A stretch of 64,000 nt of DNA from Takakia lepidozioides. Its lineage: Eukaryota > Plantae > Bryophyta. Below are positions 51,280 through 60,793 of this stretch, piece by piece. The notes beneath the pieces are model-generated. The model did not search any database, was not told the DNA's origin, and saw only the letters and a list, made by a program, of their open reading frames with translations. Numbering within the stretch: position 1 is the stretch's first letter; every line of letters begins with the position of its first letter. The stretch is taken from assembly GCA_030704615.1 (NCBI GenBank), contig CM060731.1, positions 70,804,001 to 70,868,000 on the forward strand, in the 5' to 3' direction. The position numbers and the translations under genes are program-made.

Positions 51280-54200
51280 ATGCAGAAGTTGTTTGCATGC
51301 CTAACCGGAAAGGTGGACGTGCTGGAGGGATCGCAGGAATCCGAAGAGCCGCAGGCAAAGTCCGTGGAGCTAGCTGCAGCACGCACACCCAGCCGATCCA
51401 CGAGCACGGGTCTTCCTGCCGAGCCTAGCCCTATGCGTTTCAAGGACGCGGCTTCGAAGGGCAAGTCTTTGCAGTTCAAAGCCCCAAAGAGCGACTCGCG
51501 TTCGAAGGTCATGGAGAATCGCCAGCAGGGGTCTGGCCCTTCTCCAGCAAAGACGAAGAAGAAGCAGCCCGTCCTTCAACTTGTTTCTGAACCGGACCAG
51601 GCCGTTTCCCCCCCACCCAGGCGAATGAAGCAGATTCAATTGCAGCAGACACCTTCACCTGCAAGAATGAGGAAGCAGAAGGAAATCAGGGGGAGGGCGG
51701 AGCAGTCTCCCGCAAAACCGATTCCACGAGCTGAAGCCCAGTTCCTGCTTGATTTCCAGCCTGGTGATGTTGGGGGCGTCTCTACTGCAGCGAAGGCAAT
51801 GGGATCGACCGATTTCGTCGATCTGGTACCGGAGGAGGGTGCTGCCTCTCAACGTTCGCAGCAAGACCTGACCACCGTTGAGGAAGATCTTCATAATACT
51901 GCAGGCCCAGAGGAGGCCTCTGCAATTGCAGAATTGCCCACAAAGATTCCCTAGAGTGCAGCTCCAGTTGGGGATGCTCCAGCTGCTCAGCCCCTACCGC
52001 CACCAGCAGAAATGTCTCCGGAGGAATTCCAAAGTGCAGCGGATACAATGTTGGAGGAGACACATAGTAGCATTGGCAGAGTTCTGGGCAGCAGGGTATT
52101 CCAGTGGACTCTTCAAATCCCACTCTGTCGCATGGTCTCCCTTCCAATCGTCAGGCAGGCACTTCCCGGAGATGTGGATAAGCTCAAGTTTGCATTTCGA
52201 GAAGGGTACCGTCTAGGTTCGCCAGCCTTCTACGTTTCCCTTGAGAATGAGGACGACGAATCTCGTGGACCCACTGTGTCACGGCCCTTTGCCTTGAGGG
52301 CAGGGGGTCGGGACACATGAGGGGCTGCCCCTGTGGTGGGGGCAGCGGCAGCGATAGGTATGGGGGGCTGAAGCACCCTTGAGTGCCCAAGGCACTCAGG
52401 GAAGCAGAGGCGCTCACTAGGTGGAGCCCCGCACACCGGGTTGCGGTGGGGGTGGCTCCACAAGGGGTGGTGGTAGCTTAGCGGGACTTTAGTGGGGGTG
52501 GCATAGGACTCACCATGGGGCGGAGACCTCGTGGTGGGAGTCGTGGGGAGTCTTGGGACTCATCACGGTCCATAGGGGCCGTGGTGAGCGGGCCAAGACT
52601 CACCGGGAGTCGAGGGTTTTCGTGGTGGTTCGCCATAAAATGGCATGGCTGGTTGTGAAACCCCCGCGGACAGCTACAGAAGTATATATAGGGAGTAGTA
52701 ACCCGAGAACGGTGCAAGCCCGTTGGTGACCAAAAACTAGTGAGTAAGCGAGCGAGCCGGAAAGCGACCAAAGAGTGGGGAGCTGTTCCGGACTGCCATC
52801 TACCAAAGGGAATTCTCCTAGTCCCAAATAGGTGGAGGGTTTAGAGGGAAGCGAAGGGGGACCGTTATGTCCCGGTGAGCAGCCGAAGCTCCAAGTTGGC
52901 CCGGGCGGCCAGGTTGGGAGTCAGGCGCGCGCATCAAAGCGAGTAACTATGACTTGATGGGGAGCTTACCGAAGTGAGGTGCGCGACACACTGCGGATGA
53001 ATTGTCAACATGGGATACCCACTGGCACACTCACGACGACGAATTCGAGGCAACACTAAAGGGTGATCCAGACTTCGGCCATATATCAGGTAAAATGTTC
53101 TTTGTGTGGGACGAGAATCACCAACTTCTTGCCTGGTGGGAGTATATCAAGCAGAACCATGCCAAACACATTGGCTGGCATTACATGGTGGAGTGTGTCA
53201 TCCTCAAGGTGAAGGCGGCAAACTCCTCCCTGCTCAAGAATGCCATGGCGGACCTCAACTCGTAAGATACTCATACCCTCCCAAGCACGTTCGAAATGCG
53301 GTGCCGCATTTCGGTTTTGTTTCCGTGCTTTCGTGGACTGAACTGGAGAGTGTGCCTTGCAGGGTCACTGAAAATGCGTACGTGCATACCCACATGGCAC
53401 ATATGCTGTACAGGGTGAGGAAAACTGCTCTCACTGATCCGCACATGTTTGCGGAAATGCTGGAGCCCGAGCTCATTCAAAAAGCCGTGGCAAAAACTGA
53501 CCAGACATGGTATCATCTCACTATGGATGGAATGGTGGAGGTGATATACAAAGTAAGTCGTCCTCCCATTTCCCTCTGCTCATCCTTCCCCAATTTTCAG
53601 TAATCTTTCCACATGAATCGAATGTAACGCTTCTGCATGTTTTTGTTGGCAGTCAAACATCAAGTTGGATTTGGCCCATGCCAAACGTTCTTCAGGAAAG
53701 TGAGGGCAGGTCAAAACGTTTGCAGTCATTGATTGAGCACTTGAAGGAAAGCGGGGTCAAGTCCAGACCGAAATTACAGTCAAAGATTGTGAAGCTAGTG
53801 GCCATTGCAGATCCGGCACTTGGAAAGGACTTCATCCCCGAGATTGCCAAAACACTATTCTCGGGCCATGCATTCGACCAGGCAGTTGGAGAACTGCATC
53901 ACCTCTCAACGGCATGTGTTGGCGAAAGAGAAGGTGATGTTTCAATGCATGAAGTTCCCTCCTAGCAAAGCCACTCTTCTTCCTGCTCCTGACATTGGAT
54001 CGGAAATGGCAGACACGGTGGCTGTCGATCTGGAATGCATCGGAGAGTATAAGGACACTGTGGTCTTTTCCACTCGAAGTTTCCGACCCTGCAGTGGATG
54101 TGTGGCTCAACCGCATGACTTGGTGGTTCCAGGTAATTAAAGTACTTCCCCAGATTTGCTTTTCTGAAATGAATTCCCTGAACTGCTACGTGACAATGCA

Positions 54201-56902
54201 TGTGGGAATCGCAGGTAATGACGAATGCGAAGGAGCAAGTCGTAATGCATACAAATTCGTTTGGCTTGTACGTCAAATGGGATGGAACACAGACATTGGA
54301 AGACTACGTGACACGTTTCAGATGTGCGTACAAGGACAACCTCTTCGCCAGGGAGCTGCAGACAGCAAGAAGGAGCGTGGAGTTTACACATCAGGAGGGA
54401 GCGGGAAAAGCTGCAATGCAAATTGTTTACAGGTGAAGCCCAGCTGTCCTTACATGCGAAGCCTGGTTATGAGGTTTGTCTGGGAAATGCGGCACCGCAT
54501 TTGCATTTTAGTTTTCGGTTGCACTCTGCGAGTACGTTGGTCTCAACTTTTGCTCACGCATGCTGACTGCCCTGCAGGTATATGAAATACGTGCTTCTTC
54601 AGACAGGGGCCCTGGCTCAAGAGCCCCCGTTCTTCATGGCTTGGACCGTGGCGGCCCAAGCTGTGTCTACACACCCGAGATGCAGAAACAATGGCATGCC
54701 GCGCATCTGGTTGGATGCCCGTGGTACCTGGACATGTCTGGCGGAATTGTTGACGAGTCTGAGAAAGATCTGCACGCGAAAGCAGAAGAGAAGAGAAGAG
54801 AAAGGAAAGACGTGTCCCTGCTCGGCCAGAGTCGGCAAAGGAAGCTGCTGCTCTGGAACAATCCAGAAAGGAGCTGAGATGCACAGAAGACGGTGGATGC
54901 AGCTGTGCAGGCTCAACAGAAGGGGTCCAAGAAGCGGACTCGCCAGCAAGGAGCAGCAGTTGTGACACCCAAGAAAACAAAGAAGCGATAGTGCAGGTAG
55001 AGGGTGAGGAAGAGGACCGATGGAGACTTTGCAACCAGCACCCCCCGAGAACGCAGCCGAAATCCCCTGTGCCCACCGTTGTCACGAGAGGACGAGAACT
55101 GGCTCGGCAAAGAAGGCACTCTTCAACCCCCCGGGGGGCACCTTTCGAGCCGGTGGAAATGAAGAGGCCGAAAGTGGATCCCGATACAGTAGTCCAGTGT
55201 GTGAATGAGAGTTTCTTGGGGCTTTGGATGGACGGGCAGCCAAGTTGGCATACATGAAGACCATGGAGGGTCTGAAGGGCAGAGCACTGAAGAAGGCGGC
55301 TGCCGAAGAGCCTTCCGACACCCCTGGGTTTCTGAAGATGGTCTCGTTCTTTGAGAGGGTGTGCAGACAAGGATTGCAGGAGGGGCGGAAATGCCACCGA
55401 ATGGTCTTGCGATATGATCATCTTGGATATTCCGGACGGAGAGCCTGTGGAAGGACTGCAAGCTTTGCCATCTTGGAACAGGTACTCCGAGGACTTTTGG
55501 AAGAAAGGATTCGGGCTCGCCCGCATGGTGTTGGACGACAGAGGCTGTGTGGTTGTCCTGGCGAGCAGAGGCAAAAACACGCAGACAGGAATTGCGAAGT
55601 GGACCGCAAGAGCGTCGTCCCAATTCTGAAGAAGAAGTGGACGTGCATCAACACATTGGGCCTTGGTCGGAAGGGAAAAGGTAATTACGACATTGGCACT
55701 CGTCCTTTCATTTTCTTAGGAGTTTTGAAATGCGGTGCCGCATTCGATTTCTAATCGTTCCCACTGTGTATGCAGAAGCAGTTCGATGCATACTGCTTTG
55801 TGAAGGAGAACTCCACCTTTGCTTTCCGGAAGGAGGGATTGTTGGTTGACCCGAACTGCGACCCCATCGATTACGACGTCCTGTTCAACAACGTTCCCAC
55901 GGAACTTCTCCCTCATAGCCTCACTTCAACTGAACCCCTGCGGTATTCACGGACTCGGAGCCCTGCCTTCATTCAGACAATTATGGAGACATGCACTGAC
56001 GTGGAGGGCACAGTGCTCGACCTCATCTGTGGGACAGGTATGCAGAATCTTGTTGTATGTTGTTCTGCAAATTCTTGTTATGCTTTCATTCGCAACATCT
56101 GAAGGGCCATGTCATAATGTGTGGATGGCATTGTAATAGGTGCCTCAATGTGGGCTGGGCGGTTTTCCGACCGGCACCTCTTTGCCTACGAGGAGGACAC
56201 ATCCGTCTGGGGATCCCATCTGGAAGGGCTGCAACGGAATGTGAAGGCTCCCATCGAAGCCAAAGACTCCTCGGATTCGTCGGAGGAAGAGACAGTGGAC
56301 ATTGATGCCGAGGAGAACCCGGAATACGAGTGAGTGCAAACATTGTAAGTTTGCAAAGCCTTCTAGGTGATTTTTTGTCAAACGCATTTCCGGACTGTGG
56401 TTCATTGGTCTCGTTGGTGATTGTTATGTGCAGGATTCCAGGATCCGAGTCGAAACATGTAGGGCCTACACTTCCTGCCAGGAAGAATGTCCCGTTCTTT
56501 GCGAGGGCCGACTTCATGACGAGCCCGGTGAAGGACTACTCCCTTCCTAGTTATGCAGCTAAACTCGCAAATACAGCGATTAGACGATGTGAGAATCCCA
56601 GTAAAGTAGAGCAGATTTTGGAGAGGGCTAGGGAGGACAGAAGGATAAGGAAAGAGTTGGCAACAGCTGAGACAGGTAGACGGGTGCGAAAGTTCATATG
56701 TGATTCAGCGGATGACAGCGATGCAGACAGGGAGGACGACGAGCCAACGGAGGTGAGATGGTCGGTTCTGCAAGGTGAAGATGGGATTTTCGAAAGCCTG
56801 GCCAACGAGCAGTCCGCTGGAGATGAGAAAGGCAATGACGGGGTGGAGGCGGAGCAGGACAGTCAAGGACAGGACGACGATAGTGATGATTTTCAAGATT
56901 AA
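51280..56902 (+). pseudogene. Spliced gene (about 8 exons): low-complexity N-terminus, ParB/Srx-like domain, beta-class N6A/N4C DNA methyltransferase-like domain, acidic tail; disrupted by solo LTR, stops and frameshifts
   Basis: IPLCRMV..VRQALPGDVDKLK..GY and FVWDENHQLLAW (ParB GxHR-like). DMIILDIPDG (motif IV-like) precedes TVLDLICGTG|ASMWAGRFSDRHLFAYE (motif I-II). Introns approx. 53262-53362, 53553-53652, 54133-54214, 54433-54577, 55681-55775, 56038-56139 and 56330-56433. Confidence 0.72.
52277..52988 (+). mobile_element. Solo LTR of the same family as 572-1295, with 5-bp TSD CACTG
   Basis: Near-identical reverse complement of 572-1295, TG...CA ends, CACTG at 52272-52276 and 52989-52993. 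Confidence 0.95.
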
Positions 56903-57038
56903 TAGAATTTTAATGAACTCTCTGTACATTTAAATTCTATTCCAAAGTATATAAAGGAAATTCTCCCCGTCCTTCATGTCCCCCTCTCCATTTGCTTCTC
57001 AACGACAACATCATCCAAACCTGGTCCCTCCCAAAATC

Positions 57039-58150
57039 TGAAATGCGGCACCGCATTTCAATGTCGGAACGGAAATGTGGCAACTGCAAAAACCTCCTTT
57101 GGAAATGCGGCAACGCATTTCCAAAACCGGGGCAAGAACAATTTTCCGTTTCATGGTTTGGACATCAAAAACTGTTCGGACAAACGGAAATGCGGTGCCG
57201 CATTTCCGTTTCCGACACGGCAATTTTGCCGATTGCCAGCTCCTTCCATGGAGGTAAATGGAAATGCGGAGGTCAAACATGGAAATGCGGTGCCGCATTT
57301 CCATTTCCGACACTGCAGTTTTGCCGATTGCCAGCTCATTCCATGGAGGTAAATGGAAATGCGGAGGTCGAACATGGAAATGCGGTGCCGCATTTACCTT
57401 TTGGAGTTGGACATTTTTCCAACTGCAGACCCATCGACGGAAATGCGGCTCCCCATTCCATTGTCCAATAAGAAATTTCGATGACGTACATGGAAATGCG
57501 GCGCCGCATTTCCAAAAACGGACATCGTTGTTTGTCCAATTCCAGACCCTTTGACGGAAATGCGGCACCGCATTCCATCATCCTATAAAAACTTACATTG
57601 TCCTATAAAAACTTTCGATTGCCCAACATGAAAATGCGGCGCCGCATTTCCAAAACAGACATCATTGTTTGTCCAATTCCAGACCCGTGTGTGCATTCCG
57701 TCTTGTTGGACGGAAATGCAGCACCGCATTCCATTGTCCAATACGATATTTTGATGACGGACATGGAAATGCGGTGCCGCATTTCCAGAACGGACATCGT
57801 TGTTTGTCCAATTCCAGACCCTTTGACGGAAATGCGGCACCGCATTCCATTGTGCTCTCCGGAAATGCGGTGCCGCATTTCATTGTCCGGTACGAAATTT
57901 TGATGACGGACATGGAAATGCGGTGGCGCATTTCAAGTATGGACATGGACAAGCATTAGTGACTGGACATGCTTGGACAATTCAAGGTCCAATATGGAAA
58001 TGCGGCGCCGCATTTCAAATTCGAAGTATGGTAATGCCATGTCAGGAAATGAAATGTTGTACAGCATTTCCATTACGACGACAACGGAGGAAAGGGAGCT
58101 GCCAGAAATCGCTGCATGGAGAAAAATGAAATGCGGTGCCGAATTTCCGA
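57039..58150. repeat. Array 2: ~20 full or half palindromes GGAAATGCGG-YR-CCGCATTTCC
   Basis: Counted directly. Spacings are variable but fall near multiples of 10.5 bp. Confidence 0.95.
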
Positions 58151-58413
58151 GCTTCGGCGTGTACATGTTTCCTTTTACTCATAGATGGATTTTCTTCACC
58201 TCAGGACTCTGATATCGCTGACTCTGGTATATTCATATGGACAGACACATTGTAGAAATGAGACCTCAAATTGTAAACAGTGGGCCAATTACTGCAGTTC
58301 TTGAACACGACGAAACACAAGCACACAGAAGTGAGGTACGATGGGTTGTTTTATTGATCGAACACGGTGTCTCACATTTAGCAACTCCAGACAAATCTAA
58401 GCCCTTCCTCCTT

Positions 58414-59003
58414 CTACATGGGCGTCACCAAGTCGACGGAAACTTCGATAGCCCTCAAAACAAGTTCATTACTGATGCGGCACCTCGAGGTAAACTGCAA
58501 TGCGGTCGATTTGGTGCCCTTGGTGGAGCTGATGACAATGTCATGCCCATCAATCATACCACCATCATACATTGACAAGGTCACGGTGGGCCTCCTATGC
58601 CCGTGCGATTCGTCTTCGCAACTCAGCCGAATGTCTCCATACACTGGAAAAGCGGAGTGAACTCCACGAATATAGTTTTCCCGGTGCCGTCCTCCCTGGT
58701 CCACTGGCAGCAGTTCCAGCGCCAAAGTGAGGCCGTGCGTGATCTGTCTGGCATCCCATTCCACCTTGGTATATCGAGGTCAACAATTTTCAGGACCCAC
58801 GGACCGCATTGACCCTCGCCCTCACCTCGCTCAAAGCGGTAATAGCCCTCCAGATACTCCATTGCGCGCAAAGACTCCCGCTTGATTCCAGAAGTGTCTG
58901 TGAAAACAGAGAGCCAGACAATGATGTCTCCTAATTCTGGTTTGAACATAGCATAATCGTGGCCATGATAAGGGCAGTCAGCAGGATTTCGGCGACACGA
59001 CAT
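58414..59003 (-). pseudogene. Unknown third ORF of the Mutator-like element (one frameshift)
   Basis: Overlapping ORFs 58623-59033 and 58414-58764 read as one protein-like sequence from ATG 59003. No recognisable motif. Confidence 0.4.
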
Positions 59004-59263
59004 CCTTGAAAAAGAGTAGCGGAGTACGCTCAATGACAGCAGCTCCCGGATGGAGGAGGCAGCAGCGCGGTGGCTGGAAGAAATTCAAGCAAACGCGCTG
59101 CAATTCCTCACAAACACTCCAGGGCACATTTAAATTTCCCCCCGACAGGAACCTGCACGGATGAAGATTGGCTGCTCCATGAATGTAGCCGTTTCAGTTT
59201 CCTTCCCTGCCATGCAAACTATGGGCAGTAAGTGCCAGGTGGGCCTATAGCCACTCGAGATGA

Positions 59264-59326
59264 CGAAGTCCATCCCCCCTTCGATGTAAATGCGGCGCCG
59301 AATTTCCATCCGGGGGATGGACTTCG
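59264..59326. other. 63-bp hairpin enclosing a copy of the palindrome
   Basis: Perfect 15-bp stem CGAAGTCCATCCCCC / GGGGGATGGACTTCG around GATGTAAATGCGGCGCCGAATTTCCATC. Confidence 0.9.
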
Positions 59327-60793
59327 GTGGCAGATTTCAAACTATACCCCGTGGATGAGAAAGATGTATCGGTTCATCCACCGCTGGCGTGATGAACACG
59401 TTACACGATGATTGGTGGGTACGTGTGACCCAGATGCTCCATTATTGGAGCCCGCACTGCTCTTCCGCTTCTCATCATTTCGAAAATCAAAGATGGTCTG
59501 ACTGGTCATCACCCCAGCCTCACCATCGACAGCATGCTCTAGGGTGGGATCGGCGATCAAGCCCGAGTCCACCACCTATAAAATCAAGCGCCCACACAAA
59601 ACTAGCATGGCGCACAATCAAGCATGCAGGTGTGGAGGGGATCCAAACACAAGAATGAAAACAACAACTCCCCTACACCAAAAACAACTCCACAGTGTCG
59701 CTCCTGCAACCCAGCCCAAACCCGGACTGACTCTTGCCTCTACCTACAGAAAGGTCTCGGCCTACAGAGAAGGTGGAAAGCTACGAGGAAAAGAAGGTAA
59801 AGCAGTGCCTATCCCAAACAAGCTCTCATCCCAACACCCTCTTTTTTCCTCTCTTCTCTCACTTGCATGACCATGAGAGCATCCTGTAGACACTCCTCAA
59901 ACTGCCCTCCACGAGCTCATGAAACTTGGCCTCCAAGGCCCCATGCAAGCCTCCACAGAGTCCGCCAGTGCCTCCTTACGTCCACCAGCCATTCCTCCGA
60001 ATGGAACCACCTCAGGAAACCACACCGTTCACTGAAGGTTCAAAAATGGAGCAAATAGAGGTACATATAGGCCCCAACAACATTCTGTCCAATGGAATTA
60101 CCTGCAGGCTGGTCTTCCCCATAGTGGCTGAAAACCCGAAAAGATTACCTGCAGGGAAGTAATCCCCTTTGTTAAAACGCAACAGGGAGGCAATTCCGAC
60201 TTTTCTGCCAGATCAGCTAGCTCAAAACCGTTGTTCTTCAGAGCCCCTCCCCATCAAGGTCCCACGAAACGAGTGAAAAAAGATTTATTATTATTATTAT
60301 TATTTTTTTTTTCACTCTAACTGTTCGCGGCCTTCCGTGGCTCCAACCACCACTACTCCTCACGGCCCGCCCTAGGCGCTCGTTGGCCACGGGCTGCCCA
60401 GTGATACCCCGTGGTACCACTCCCACGAGCCTTCACGGCCCGCCATCCTCACGATCTGGTCACTGTGCCAACCCGTTGTGTCCGCACAACGGCTTCCAAC
60501 GGTCACGGTCAACGGTCACGGTCAACCATCACGATCTGGGCTCGTGGTATCTCGTGATACCGCCCCAACGGTCCATCACGGCCACTATTCCTTGCGTTCC
60601 CTGGAACTCCCAACGAGTTCCCATGCGTTCCCGAGGCGCTCCCGAGCTCTCCTCGAGCTGGGGTTTGCTCCTGCATCTGCTGCCGCTGAGCTATGGCTTC
60701 TGCGGAGCCATCAGCCCCATCGCCCTGCACTCCTGAGCTCTCACGGCCCACTAGAAGTGCCCCCAACTCAACAAACAAGCTATATGCTGCCCA

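Larger units (their letters stand above)
45007..59350 (-). mobile_element. ~14 kb Mutator-like (non-TIR?) DNA transposon with cargo genes and palindromic arrays; boundaries approximate
   Basis: Contains a MULE-type transposase. The GGAAATGCGG..CCGCATTTCC motif appears confined to ~45105-59310. There is a terminal hairpin at 59264-59326 and CATGAGC repeats at 45017-45090. Confidence 0.7.

Noticed and set aside
59264-59350. Helitron 3' end
   Set aside because: The hairpin is much longer than typical, there is no CTRR terminus at the expected distance, and no Rep/helicase is present. The transposase is DDE/MULE type.
59351-60793. 5' LTR of the dUTPase gypsy element
   Set aside because: No copy of 39143-39451 was found here. 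It probably lies beyond the CACTA insertion or has been lost.
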